Shown: positions 1 to 9,344, numbered from the stretch's first letter. The stretch is DNA of 64,000 nucleotides from Clostridia bacterium (GCA_017483305.1 JAFULC010000023.1:16702-80701); one strand, 5' to 3'. Translations and numbers: made by a program. Notes: generated by a model from the letters alone, not told the origin.

Positions 1-1052
1 TCGGCGGTGATCCTACGGACTGCATTTGCCTTTTGCATTGCGAGCAGTGCATCCTGAAGCATACCGCAATGGTAGGACAAGCGCTCTGTCGTGAAGAGCG
101 CGGCAAGGCTTGTGAGCGCTTGCGCCTCGCTATCCGTGAGATCGAGATAACGGGTTGCGTTTTTGGACGATTTTACGATGAGCAGATCGCGGTAGACCGA
201 GATAAGATCCTGCCAGAAAACCGTTATATCTCTTGACGATCTTACCGTTTCGTCGACTGCGGCGAAGATCGTTTCATAATCCTTCTGCGCGACCGCTCTG
301 ACGACGGCGAGCATATTTTCTCTGCCAATTTTTCCTACAGTGAGGTTGACAAGCTCGTCGGTGATCCTCTCGCGGCTTCCCGCGCAAAGATCGAGCAGGC
401 TGATCGCATCTCGCATTCCTCCCTGCGCCTGCTTTGCAAGCAGTACGGCGGCGGAGTCGTCAAGCTCGATTCCCTCTGCTCTGGCTATGCGAAGGAGGTG
501 ATTTTTGAGCACCTCGGTAGTAATGCGACGGAAATCAAAGCGTTGGCAACGCGAGATGATGGTTGCGGGTAATTTATGAAGCTCTGTGGTTGCAAGGATG
601 AAAACGACGTGCTCCGGAGGCTCCTCGAGTGTTTTCAGCAGAGCGTTGAATGCGCTTGCCGAAAGCATGTGAACCTCGTCGATGATATAGACTCTGTATT
701 TGAGGTTTGAGGGCGAGTAGACGACCTCGTCGCGAATATCTCGGATATTGTCGACGCCGTTGTTCGATGCGGCGTCCATTTCGAGCACGTCGGTTGCCGC
801 GCCCGAATCGATAGCCAGACAAGCCTCGCACTTACCGCAGGGATTTCCGTCCTTGGAGTCAAGACAGTTGACCGCCTTGGCAAGTATTTTCGCACAGGAC
901 GTTTTTCCCGTTCCGCGTGAGCCGCAGAAAAGATATGCGTGCGAGAATTTGCCGTTTGCTACCTCGTATTTCAGTATAGAGGTTATATGCTCCTGTCCGT
1001 GCACCTCGTCAAAGCTGCGGGGACGCCATTTTCTATACAGTGCCTGATGCAT
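1..1052 (-). CDS. dnaX: DNA polymerase III subunit gamma/tau (N-terminal part; C-terminus lies beyond the window edge)
   Basis: Absent from the ORF track because it runs off the window edge. Manual reverse-strand translation from the ATG (revcomp of cat at 1050-1052) gives MHQALYRKWRPRSFDEVHGQEHITSILKYEVANGKFSHAYLFCGSRGTGKTSCAKILAKAVNC...IIDEVHMLS...LKTLEEPP...IISRCQRF. These are the clamp-loader Walker A, DEVH Walker B and SRC motifs. Confidence 0.9.
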   Translation of the reverse strand, partial: MHQALYRKWRPRSFDEVHGQEHITSILKYEVANGKFSHAYLFCGSRGTGKTSCAKILAKAVNCLDSKDGNPCGKCEACLAIDSGAATDVLEMDAASNNGVDNIRDIRDEVVYSPSNLKYRVYIIDEVHMLSASAFNALLKTLEEPPEHVVFILATTELHKLPATIISRCQRFDFRRITTEVLKNHLLRIARAEGIELDDSAAVLLAKQAQGGMRDAISLLDLCAGSRERITDELVNLTVGKIGRENMLAVVRAVAQKDYETIFAAVDETVRSSRDITVFWQDLISVYRDLLIVKSSKNATRYLDLTDSEAQALTSLAALFTTERLSYHCGMLQDALLAMQKANAVRRITA

Positions 1053-1099
1053 ATTTACCTCCTTATACGTGAATTTTGTTATGATAATAAAGCAACCGT

Positions 1100-1400
1100 C
1101 TGTTGCAAAACGAGACCATACACCGCAAAGTCGAACCTTATCTCCACGCGATCTTCATACCCACTGCTCAAGGCAGGCACCCTCGCGGCACATCGGGTTA
1201 ACCGCTTAATGCTGCTTGGTTCCCCATCTGACATGGTTCACAGCTCCCGATTGCGCAAGACCCGCCTCTCAACACAGAGGATATGACTCAATTCGTAAAG
1301 ACTCAGCCCTCAAGTGCGGGATCCACCCCTGCTGTAGCGGATTTCAGGTACAGGGCTCCGCTAAATCCCCGGCTGGTATGACCTCGTTTCGCAGCACACG
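1100..1400 (-). ncRNA. ffs: Signal recognition particle RNA (long Bacillus-type scRNA/ffs); ends approximate
   Basis: The reverse strand reads ...CCATGTCAGATGGGGAACCAAGCAGCATTAAGCGG..., which resembles the conserved SRP domain IV core (GUCAGGUCCGGAAGGAAGCAGC-like). The 5' segment CGAAACGAGGTCATACC can pair with the 3' segment GGTGTATGGTCTCGTTTTG. It lies directly upstream of dnaX, as in Bacillus (scr-dnaX synteny). It is followed by the hairpin GCAACAGACGGTTGC plus a T-rich tract, and no credible ORF is present. Confidence 0.75.
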
Positions 1401-1447
1401 GCTGCATTTTCAGCTATTTATTTGTCGGTCGATTGCGACCTCTGTAT

Positions 1448-1476
1448 ATTATAGCAGATTTTTTTCTTTTTTTCAA
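1448..1476 (-). promoter_or_regulatory. Sigma-A type promoter upstream of the SRP RNA
   Basis: On the minus strand: TTGAAA (1471-1476), a 17-nt spacer, then TATAAT (1448-1453). Confidence 0.6.
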
Positions 1477-1525
1477 TAGGTTTTTGAAAAATTAACAATT
1501 TATATTTTGGCAAAGGAAACGCGCG

Positions 1526-2116
1526 TCAGATCTCGGTTGCCGTGTCCTCGATCTTCTTTTTTGGAACTATATAGTCGCGGTTTTCGTCGAGGCGGTATTT
1601 TACGTCGCCGTCCTCTCCAATCTCGGTGACGGTGCTCTTATGAGTCGGGTAGCCGAAGCCAATCACGCAACTTATATCGAGGCTATCGTCGATCGCGAGC
1701 AGATCGCGGAGCTTATCGGCGTTTACACTTCCGAGGATGCAGGAGCCGACTCCGTGGGCATACGCGGAAAGCGTGAGATTGGAGGCGGCAAGTCCCTCGT
1801 CGAAGGAAGTGTATTTTGATTGGAGCGCTTTATCGGAGAGTATTGCCACGAACATGGTCGGTCTTTCGCCCGCTTTGGGTCTTCCTTCTCCGTTTGGCAG
1901 TGCTCCGCCCCAGCTTGTGATGTCGAATACGGCGTTGACTGTCTCGGGGGTGCGGATATAGATATAGCGAAGGGGCTGGCGGTTCATCGCGGAGGACGCG
2001 AGCTGTGCCGCTCTTTTCATATCTGCGACGACCTCGTCGGGTATTTGTCTGATTTCGTCAAAGCGGCGGTAGGTTCTTCTCTCCTCGAGTATTTGCATTA
2101 TTTCTTGTGAGTTCAT
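1526..2116 (-). CDS. Nitroreductase family protein
   Basis: The track ORF is 1526-2245. I chose the internal ATG at 2114-2116 (MNSQEIMQILEERRTYRRF...) because it follows a GGAGAA RBS. RTYRRF and the overall pattern are typical of the NADH/FMN nitroreductase fold. Confidence 0.75.
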   Translation of the reverse strand: MNSQEIMQILEERRTYRRFDEIRQIPDEVVADMKRAAQLASSAMNRQPLRYIYIRTPETVNAVFDITSWGGALPNGEGRPKAGERPTMFVAILSDKALQSKYTSFDEGLAASNLTLSAYAHGVGSCILGSVNADKLRDLLAIDDSLDISCVIGFGYPTHKSTVTEIGEDGDVKYRLDENRDYIVPKKKIEDTATEI

Positions 2117-2188
2117 ATTTTCTCCGATCTGCCGTGGGGCGTGGTGATATGCTTTATTATAGCATAACAAGGATACGATGTCAAGAAA

Positions 2189-2216
2189 AACCCAGCGCTG
2201 TGAAGGCGCCGGGTTA
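2189..2216 (-). terminator. Intrinsic terminator after the lipoprotein gene 2264-3037
   Basis: The minus strand reads AACCCGGCGCCTTCACAGCGCTGGGTT followed by TTTTTC. Confidence 0.55.
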
Positions 2217-2263
2217 ACAAATATGAATTTATTCTGAGGTGTCAAGTGGGTTAAACAGTTATC

Positions 2264-3037
2264 TTAATCAACCGTTAATCCGTACTCGTCTATAACTTTC
2301 TCAATCAGACTACACATTGTATCATCACACAGCAAATAACTATAGTCACCATAGTCTGAAAAATACTCGTATGAAAAATCGGAGTATATTTCTAAGTAAT
2401 ACTTGCCTTCATACGAATATATTTTCGCTATCCAAAGTATATTGGGATAATCTTTGATTGAAAAACTAATTGCTAAATTGTTTCTTTTTGTATCTGTAGC
2501 TGTACGCACCGGACGTGCATGAGGCCACCAATCTTTAGGGCGTGGCATTGCTTCAACGCCGAAATTGTAAATATCCGTTGCAACCAACTCTGCTACCGTT
2601 GCATCAACTTTTGTTAATTGCTGTTTTTTTAATTCTGTTTCATACGATCCAACATCATTAACAAAAGGGATTCCCATCAAAAACAATTCAGCCGAGGATA
2701 TATCAAGCTCTAACTGATGATCTGAGTCTTTTCGCCTCATAACGTGTGGAAAATCGGAGCCTCGAAATAAACCTCTCTCGCTAACCGTACACCCGATGTA
2801 TTCTTGAACTGGAACGTCTACAATTTTGTAATAAGCAAAGTAATAATCAGTGGTATAATCATGATCGAAACTCTTAGGATTACATTCGGTCCAAACATAG
2901 TTGGAGCTTAAAAGTTCATAATTGGAGATGTCCATTTCATCAAACACATCTATAATATCTAAAAAACTGGTCGAGCATGACGAGAACATGAGGACAGATA
3001 GCAGAATGCAAACAAATAAAATGTGTTTTTTCTTCAT
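2264..3037 (-). CDS. Hypothetical lipoprotein
   Basis: The N-terminus MKKKHILFVCILLSVLMFSSC is a signal peptide plus a lipobox-like Cys. An AGGAGGA RBS lies upstream. The gene is visibly more AT-rich than its flanks. I recognise no family. Confidence 0.6.
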   Translation of the reverse strand: MKKKHILFVCILLSVLMFSSCSTSFLDIIDVFDEMDISNYELLSSNYVWTECNPKSFDHDYTTDYYFAYYKIVDVPVQEYIGCTVSERGLFRGSDFPHVMRRKDSDHQLELDISSAELFLMGIPFVNDVGSYETELKKQQLTKVDATVAELVATDIYNFGVEAMPRPKDWWPHARPVRTATDTKRNNLAISFSIKDYPNILWIAKIYSYEGKYYLEIYSDFSYEYFSDYGDYSYLLCDDTMCSLIEKVIDEYGLTVD

Positions 3038-3318
3038 AATAATCCTCCTTAAATTATTTCAAATCAACAATTAAAAAGCGCATAGTACGGCACTTATCCC
3101 GACACTATGCGCAAAGTATATTTAGATTATATGCTTCGAAATATCGCTCGTAACGGATAACCGTAGCTTCACTAAACGTGTCAAGGATAATTTCATCTCC
3201 GCAATTACATTATACCATGCTTTGGCGACATTGTCAAGCATAACTTAAAAACATCCCCAAGTGAACCAAAAAACATCCCCGAGCGACGTGAAGGCGCTGG
3301 GGGCTATGTTTTATAAGA

Positions 3319-3675
3319 TTATGCCGGAATATACCAAGGGTATATAAATCGATATGCGCGGCCTTCTGAATCAAAATGGATTTGAAAATATACGGCTGGA
3401 TCTGTTCCAAAAGGTCCAACGCGTTTCTCTTTCACTTCATAACAACAACCTGCAGAATAATAGTTTCCATCTTCGCTTTTTTCTTTATGACCTCGAATAA
3501 AGTCAAATGATCCGTATCTTTCTTCGATCTCAGAGGATGTTTTCCCAAGCATCCATTCCATGTCATCCATGTCAAAGCGCCGTTTATTTGAACACGAAGC
3601 TAAGCAAATGAGAGTTGCGATTATTACACAAACAATTAAACAAGCAAATATTCTTCTTTTTTTCTTATTATTCAT
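3319..3675 (-). CDS. Hypothetical small lipoprotein
   Basis: The N-terminus MNNKKKRRIFACLIVCVIIATLICLASCSN contains the lipobox LASC. A GGAGGATTAGGAA RBS region lies upstream and the gene is AT-rich. Confidence 0.6.
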   Translation of the reverse strand: MNNKKKRRIFACLIVCVIIATLICLASCSNKRRFDMDDMEWMLGKTSSEIEERYGSFDFIRGHKEKSEDGNYYSAGCCYEVKEKRVGPFGTDPAVYFQIHFDSEGRAYRFIYPWYIPA

Positions 3676-3821
3676 TTCCTAATCCTCCTACTTATGATTC
3701 TACGGTTACTTACCCTGCACTTTTATTATAACACGTTTTGGATAATTTTGCAAGTGATTGGCTGAATTAATAAAAATTACGCCGAGCGGCGCAGTTGCAT
3801 CGCTCGGCGTATGGATGTTTT

Positions 3822-4946
3822 TTATTCGGTTAAGAGCATATCGTCCTTTTTGATCCAGCCGAGCTTGCGGAGGATCTCGCTGAAGAGCAAGGAGAGTACC
3901 GCGGGGAGAACGATGCAGCAAAGGATGAGTCCGGTCCACATCATAGGTGAGGATTTCGTGTCTGCGATGATGCCGATAGGACCGACGAGACCGCAGGTTC
4001 CCATTCCCGCGGAAACGCCCGTGCAATAAAGCTTGAAGACCATTGTGGAGAGAGGTCCGACGATCGCTGCCGCGAGCGTGGGAGGTATCCAGATGCGAGG
4101 ATTTTTGCAGATGTTACCCATCTGGAGCATCGATGTGCCGAGTCCTTGCGAGATAATGCCGCCCCATTTGTTTTCTCTGAAGCTTGATGCGGCAAAGCCC
4201 ACCATCTGCGCGCAGCATCCGACTGCCGCCGCGCCGCCTGCTAGCAAGAAGCCCTCACTCGTTCCGTTCATGACCGCGACCTCAAGGGCAGACGAGGAGA
4301 AGATCATAGCACATATTGCCGCGCTCGAGATCGGAAGAGTGAGAATAATTCCGACCACTACCGACACAACTATGCCCATAAGCAGAGGCTGGAAGGTGGT
4401 AGCCGTGGCGATAAATACGCCGAGATAATACATTACGTAGGATACGATCGGACAAAGCAGCCAGCTTGCCGCAAAGCCCACGGTGAGAGTGACTACGGGG
4501 GTGACGAGTATGTCGACCTTGGTTTTTTTCGATACGAGCATTCCGATCTCGCAGGCGATTATTACCGCGAAGAACGCGCCTGCAGGGCCTGCGCTGTAAA
4601 AGACTCCGTTGCCCGTAGCATTGGCGGTCACTGCCCAAGCCTTGATAGCTCCGCCGTTTACGACAGCGCCCATAGCGTTTGACATAGCGCCGACTGCCGC
4701 GCAGGAGAACATAACGAGGGGATGTGCGCCGAGCTTATACGCGATAGCGACACCGATAGCCATTCCCGTTGCCGCCTTGGCATAGGTGGCTATGGTATTC
4801 AGCGCGCTTGCGAGCCACGCGATCTTGACGTAGCCGCCGACTGTGCCGAAGATCGTTCCGATAAGCAGCGAGGCGAAAAGTCCGAGCGCCATAGCGCCCA
4901 TAGCGTCGATAAAATACCGATGAAGATATTTTTTCAAAGTTTTCAT
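3822..4946 (-). CDS. Multi-pass membrane protein, PTS EIIC-like permease (PTS_EIIC_2-type, from memory of the family)
   Basis: The 374-aa product is very hydrophobic and Gly/Ala-rich. Its N-terminus MKTLKKYLHRYFIDAMGAMALGLFASLLIG resembles stand-alone EIIC-like permeases. The terminator hairpin ACGCCGAGCG...CGCTCGGCGT lies at about 3779-3812. Confidence 0.5.
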   Translation of the reverse strand: MKTLKKYLHRYFIDAMGAMALGLFASLLIGTIFGTVGGYVKIAWLASALNTIATYAKAATGMAIGVAIAYKLGAHPLVMFSCAAVGAMSNAMGAVVNGGAIKAWAVTANATGNGVFYSAGPAGAFFAVIIACEIGMLVSKKTKVDILVTPVVTLTVGFAASWLLCPIVSYVMYYLGVFIATATTFQPLLMGIVVSVVVGIILTLPISSAAICAMIFSSSALEVAVMNGTSEGFLLAGGAAAVGCCAQMVGFAASSFRENKWGGIISQGLGTSMLQMGNICKNPRIWIPPTLAAAIVGPLSTMVFKLYCTGVSAGMGTCGLVGPIGIIADTKSSPMMWTGLILCCIVLPAVLSLLFSEILRKLGWIKKDDMLLTE

Positions 4947-5096
4947 AAGGTTTTTCCTCTTTTGTTTTTTATTGATTAGAGTATATCACTTTTTTTCGGC
5001 TGTGACAAGGTCAAAAATAGACCAAAATTTTGTGGCTTTCGGTCGATTTTTGTGTATTATGTAAATACAAGTGTATATACACTTTGCTTCAAAGGA

Positions 5097-5130
5097 AAGC
5101 ATATTTCCCGACGGGTCGGGAAATATGCTT
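5097..5130. terminator. Hairpin terminator downstream of polA
   Basis: AAGCATATTTCCCGAC GG GTCGGGAAATATGCTT with T/A runs on both sides. Confidence 0.5.
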
Positions 5131-5141
5131 TTTTTGTTTGA

Positions 5142-7667
5142 TCAATGGCATTCGAGCCAATTTTCGCCTATATGGGCATCGACCTTAAGCGGAACTGCCA
5201 GCTTGACGGCATTTTCCATTTCGGTTCGGAGTATTTCGAGGATCTCCTCGGCACATTCGCGCGGACTTTCAATGAGCAACTCGTCGTGAACCTGAAGGAG
5301 CAGCTTTGCTCCCTTTCCGTGCTTGCGGAGCGCTTTATCTACGTTTATCATGGCTATTTTGATGATATCCGCGCTGCTTCCCTGAATCGGGCTGTTTCTT
5401 GCGACTCTCTCACCGAAATTCTGAAGATTTTTGTTGGTGGAGGCGAGCTCGGGGATATATCTGCGTCTGCCGAGCATCGTCGTGACGTAGCCGTCCTCTC
5501 TCGCATCTCTTGCGACGTTATGCAGATACTCGTTGATACCGGGGTAGCTTGCAAGGTAGCTGTCAATGTACTCCTTCGCCTTGGCGCGAGATATCTTAAG
5601 GTCCTCCGCAAGCGAAAATTCGCCCATTCCGTAAAGAATTCCGAAGTTTACCGCCTTGGCTCTCTTTCGCATCTCGATCGTGACCTCGGGAGGTGTAACA
5701 CCAAAGACGCGGCAGGAGGTTGCGGTGTGGATATCCTCGCCCGAAAGGAAGGCTTCGATCATATTTTCGTCGCTCGAAACGTGCGCGAGCACGCGGAGCT
5801 CGATCTGTGAATAGTCGGCATCGATGAGCACCTTACCGCTATCGTTTGAGATGAAATATTCGCGGAAGCGTCTGCCTGCCTCGGTTCTTATCGGGATGTT
5901 CTGTAGATTGGGGTTGACCGAGGAAAGACGTCCCGTTGCCGTTCCCGTTTGCTTGAAGGTGGTATGGCATTTGCCGTTTTCGTCGGCGCTCTTTAAGAGA
6001 CCGTCGACGTACGTGCTCTTGAGCTTGCTTACCTGTCTGTAATCGAGTATATCGTCGATGATCGGGTGATATTTGCGGAGCTTTTCGAGCACCTCGGCGT
6101 TGGTGGAATAGCCTGTTTTTGTCTTTTTGACGGTCGGGAGCATGAGCTTTTCAAAGAGCACCTCGCCGAGCTGCTTGGGGGAATTTATGTTGAATTCCTC
6201 ACCTGCCATTGAGTATATTCGCTCCTCGAGCGCTCTTACCTGCTCCTCGAGCTCCTCGCCGTAGCGCGCTATGCCCTCGCGGTCGATCTTGAAGCCTGCG
6301 TTTTCCATATCGCAGAGGACTGCGGCAAGTGGCATTTCGATGTTATAGAGCAGGTCGAGCTGACCGCTTTCCGCGAGTCTTTTCTCTATGATCTGCCACA
6401 TTTTTGCGACGTAGTACGCTTCTGGGATGCTTTCGTCGGCGGTGTCGCCGAGATACGAGCCGATGAGCTTTTCAAGCTCGTAGCTGCTCTGCGAGGAATC
6501 GTCGACGTATGCGCCGAGCATTACGTCAAAGTAGCAATCACGGAAGTGGATGCCCTTTGAGTCAAGGGACTTATAGAGGGATTTGCAATCCCATGCGATT
6601 ATTTTCTTGGTTTTGATAAAGCTTGCAAGCGCGTCCGTGTTGCTTGTGGCGGCAACTGTTTCACCGTCGGAAATATATGCCTTTTCGTCTGTGAGGGAGA
6701 GGGCGTACATCTCGCCGCCGAGAGAAGTGAAGTCGGCGTTCTCGATGACGGTAACGCTTGATTTTTCCGTCGCTTCGGGCAGGCTTGAGGGCTCGTCCGC
6801 ATCCTTATCGAGTCCGCAACGCTTTATTGCGGAGAGGAGATTGTAGCGCAAAAACAGCTTTTTCGCCTCGGAGCGATCGATTCCCTTGTGGGCAATATCC
6901 GAAAGGGTGATGCCAAGGGGGACGTTGCGGATTATAGTTGCAAGGCCCTTGGACATATACGCGCTTTCCCTGCCGTTTTCCATCTTGGCTCTGACCGAGG
7001 GGGTGAGCTTGATGTTATCGAGATTTTCGTATATGGCGTCGAGGCTTCCCTGCTCTGCGATGAGTCTGAACGCGGTCTTTTCACCAACGCCTGCGACACC
7101 CGGAATGTTGTCCGAGCTATCGCCCATAAGCGCTTTTACGTCGATGTACTGACACGCGTGTACTCCGTATTTTTCAAAGAACGCCGCGTCGTCCATCGTC
7201 ACTGTGTCGGTATTCGTGGCGAGAAGCACCTTTGTCTTATCGCTGATGAGCTGGAGCGAGTCGCGGTCGCCCGTGAGCACGTACGCCTCGGTGTCGCTCT
7301 CGTTCTCTGCCCAAGCCGCGAGCGTGCCGAGTATGTCGTCCGCCTCGTAGCCTGCGAGCTCGAGCACGTGAAGTCCCATTGCGCGACAGATCTCCTTTGC
7401 CACGGGAAGCTGCTTTGCGAGGTCCTCGGGCATCGGCTTTCTGCCTGCCTTATATTCGCCGTACATTTCATGGCGGAAGGTGGGCGCTTTGAGGTCAAAC
7501 GCTACCGCCGCGTAGTCGGGCGAGAGTCCTTCGAGCTGCTTTATGAGCACGTTTACCATGCCGAAGATGGCGTTGGTGGGAAAGCCGTCGGGCGTGGAGA
7601 GAGGTCTGATACCGTAAAACTGTCGGTTAAGTATACTGTTTCCGTCTATACAGAGTAGTTTTTTCAT
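5142..7667 (-). CDS. polA: DNA polymerase I
   Basis: 841 aa. It has a 5'-3' exonuclease N-terminus (CIDGNSILNRQFYG...GYEADDILGTLA) and polymerase motifs DYSQIELRVLAH, RRxAKAVNFGILYG and QVHDELL. Confidence 0.95.
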   Translation of the reverse strand: MKKLLCIDGNSILNRQFYGIRPLSTPDGFPTNAIFGMVNVLIKQLEGLSPDYAAVAFDLKAPTFRHEMYGEYKAGRKPMPEDLAKQLPVAKEICRAMGLHVLELAGYEADDILGTLAAWAENESDTEAYVLTGDRDSLQLISDKTKVLLATNTDTVTMDDAAFFEKYGVHACQYIDVKALMGDSSDNIPGVAGVGEKTAFRLIAEQGSLDAIYENLDNIKLTPSVRAKMENGRESAYMSKGLATIIRNVPLGITLSDIAHKGIDRSEAKKLFLRYNLLSAIKRCGLDKDADEPSSLPEATEKSSVTVIENADFTSLGGEMYALSLTDEKAYISDGETVAATSNTDALASFIKTKKIIAWDCKSLYKSLDSKGIHFRDCYFDVMLGAYVDDSSQSSYELEKLIGSYLGDTADESIPEAYYVAKMWQIIEKRLAESGQLDLLYNIEMPLAAVLCDMENAGFKIDREGIARYGEELEEQVRALEERIYSMAGEEFNINSPKQLGEVLFEKLMLPTVKKTKTGYSTNAEVLEKLRKYHPIIDDILDYRQVSKLKSTYVDGLLKSADENGKCHTTFKQTGTATGRLSSVNPNLQNIPIRTEAGRRFREYFISNDSGKVLIDADYSQIELRVLAHVSSDENMIEAFLSGEDIHTATSCRVFGVTPPEVTIEMRKRAKAVNFGILYGMGEFSLAEDLKISRAKAKEYIDSYLASYPGINEYLHNVARDAREDGYVTTMLGRRRYIPELASTNKNLQNFGERVARNSPIQGSSADIIKIAMINVDKALRKHGKGAKLLLQVHDELLIESPRECAEEILEILRTEMENAVKLAVPLKVDAHIGENWLECH

Positions 7668-7810
7668 TAAATTTCACTCCGAAGTGTTTATTTATGATAA
7701 TATTTTACCACATTTCCACGGTCTGTGTCAACCGAATTGGAGATTTATTTAAATTTTTTGGGGTGGGATCATTTTATAGTAAAAATTGCTCAAAAATTTG
7801 ATTTATCTTC

Positions 7811-7839
7811 TTGACAAGGGTCAAGCCGTATGATATAAT
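7811..7839 (+). promoter_or_regulatory. Sigma-A type promoter for the SH3b lipoprotein gene
   Basis: TTGACA (7811-7816), a 17-nt spacer, then TATAAT (7834-7839) preceded by TGA (extended -10). Confidence 0.6.
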
Positions 7840-7905
7840 TATAAAGTAATATTGGTATTTATGTCAAAAATCAAAGATTAACATACATTTCAGGAGGATT
7901 TTAAG

Positions 7906-8625
7906 ATGAACAGAAAGCTTATTGCCATTTTTACCGCACTTCTTCTCGCGGCTTCTCTTTGCGCATGTAACAACGGTGGTGCCGGTGAGGAAACCACCGA
8001 TGGTAACAGAATAGAAATTCCTACGGGTGATGAGGATACCTCTGTAGACGAGGGCGACGATACAACCGAGGGTACTACCGAGGGTCAGGTATCCACAGAT
8101 GAATTTGAGGAGGTAAACGATACCGTTTACATTCTCGTTCTTAACCAGGCTGCAAACCTTCGCAAGTCTCCCAGCATGTCTGATTCCGCTATCGCTCTGA
8201 GCGTTTCCAACGGAACCGAGCTTCAGAGAGTCGGAGTTAACGGCGACGGCTGGAGCAAGGTCACCTACAATGACGAGACCTACTACGTTAAGACCTCTTG
8301 CGTGATCTCTAACACCGATCTTGACGGCTTCGTTGCGGCTAGCGGTACCATTACCGTTTCGGGTAACTTCAATGTTCGTATCGCTCCTACCTCCAGCAAC
8401 GATCTCGTTGGTAACTTCGCAGAGGGCGACAGCTTTGAGGTAATCGCAGTAAACGAGACTACCGGCTGGTACAAGATCAACTTCGAGGGCACTTACTACA
8501 CCGGTGAGGCTTACGTTGCGATCATCCCTGAGTATATGAAGGGCGACGTTGTTATTGAGGGCGCTGAGGACACTACCGCTGAGGAGACCACAGTTGAGGA
8601 AGACACAACCGTTGCTGAGCAGTAA
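7906..8625 (+). CDS. Lipoprotein with an acidic linker and tandem SH3b-like domains
   Basis: The N-terminus is MNRKLIAIFTALLLAASLCACNN (lipobox). A D/E/T-rich low-complexity stretch follows. Two repeats of the type ANLRKSPSMSD...GWSKVTYNDETYYV and NVRIAPTSSND...GWYKINFEGTYYTGEAYV are typical of bacterial SH3 domains. Confidence 0.7.
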   Translation: MNRKLIAIFTALLLAASLCACNNGGAGEETTDGNRIEIPTGDEDTSVDEGDDTTEGTTEGQVSTDEFEEVNDTVYILVLNQAANLRKSPSMSDSAIALSVSNGTELQRVGVNGDGWSKVTYNDETYYVKTSCVISNTDLDGFVAASGTITVSGNFNVRIAPTSSNDLVGNFAEGDSFEVIAVNETTGWYKINFEGTYYTGEAYVAIIPEYMKGDVVIEGAEDTTAEETTVEEDTTVAEQ

Positions 8626-8645
8626 TAATTTTTAGGCTTAATAAA

Positions 8646-8679
8646 GGGCTCGCTCCAAGATTGGAGCGAGCCCTTTGGT
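8646..8679. terminator. Bidirectional intrinsic terminator
   Basis: GGGCTCGCTCCAAGATTGGAGCGAGCCC followed by TTTGGTTTATTTTTT, lying between convergent genes. Confidence 0.7.
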
Positions 8680-9267
8680 TTATTTTTTAGGGGAATTGCG
8701 GTGCTTTTTCTTTTTTGTGGCGGAGAAGCCGAATTTACCGATCCTCTTACCAAGCTCGAAGTATTCGCCGTGGGCGTACGCGGCAAGTCCCGCTTTTTCA
8801 AGGTGGAGCTTCCCTTCCTTGTCGATAAGCTCCTCGTCGACGTCGACCGCGACTATGTCGGCTAAAAACATATCGTGTGTGCCCAAGGGGATGATCTCGG
8901 TGACCTTACACTCAAGCGAAAGCGGACTTTCGCCGATAAGCGCGCACTTTACCTCCGTGGCGGGCTCTTTTGTAAGCTTGCATTTCTCGAATTTATCGAC
9001 CTTTGCGCCCGTGTAGATGCCGCAATAGTCTGCCTCCTTAACAAGCCTTGCGGGAGTCAGGTTTATGACGAACTCGCCGCTCTCCTTGATCATATTATAC
9101 GAGTGACGCTTCGGGCGCACGGAGATATAGGTCTTTGGCGGGATTGTGTTGATAATTCCCGTCCACGCGACCGTCATAATATTTGAGTTTTCCATATCTC
9201 CCGAGCTCACCATTACGGGTGGCAGGGGTGCTATCAGCGCGCCGCCGCGCCATTTTATTTTTGCCAT
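8680..9267 (-). CDS. Flavin reductase-like (flavoredoxin) domain protein
   Basis: The track ORF is 8680-9447. I chose the start at 9265-9267 (MAKIKWRGGALIAPLPPVMVSSGD...NIMTVAWTG...) because it lies 7 nt after GGAGAT. The region upstream of it is a structured leader shared with deoB. The TVAWTG-type motif is typical of the FMN-binding split-barrel flavin reductase family. Confidence 0.7.
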   Translation of the reverse strand: MAKIKWRGGALIAPLPPVMVSSGDMENSNIMTVAWTGIINTIPPKTYISVRPKRHSYNMIKESGEFVINLTPARLVKEADYCGIYTGAKVDKFEKCKLTKEPATEVKCALIGESPLSLECKVTEIIPLGTHDMFLADIVAVDVDEELIDKEGKLHLEKAGLAAYAHGEYFELGKRIGKFGFSATKKKKHRNSPKK

Positions 9268-9344
9268 TATAATCTCCATTCCGCCGCCCGCGGCGGCACA
9301 AATAGTAATCGATGAATTTTGCCCATTGGCAAAATTCGTGCGTG
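9268..9344 (-). promoter_or_regulatory. Conserved two-hairpin leader module, copy A (unclassified)
   Basis: The minus strand reads CACGCAC GAATTTTGCC AATG GGCAAAATTC ATCGATTACTATTTGTG CCGCCG CGGG CGGCGG AATGGAGATTATA ATG. It aligns with 61283-61358 at 64 of 77 columns. The stems are conserved and the loops differ. Confidence 0.55.

Noticed and set aside
33-1047. Short plus- and minus-strand track ORFs at 33-236, 574-831, 635-895 and 748-1047.
   Set aside because: All lie within, or antisense to, the dnaX coding sequence, which continues off the window edge.
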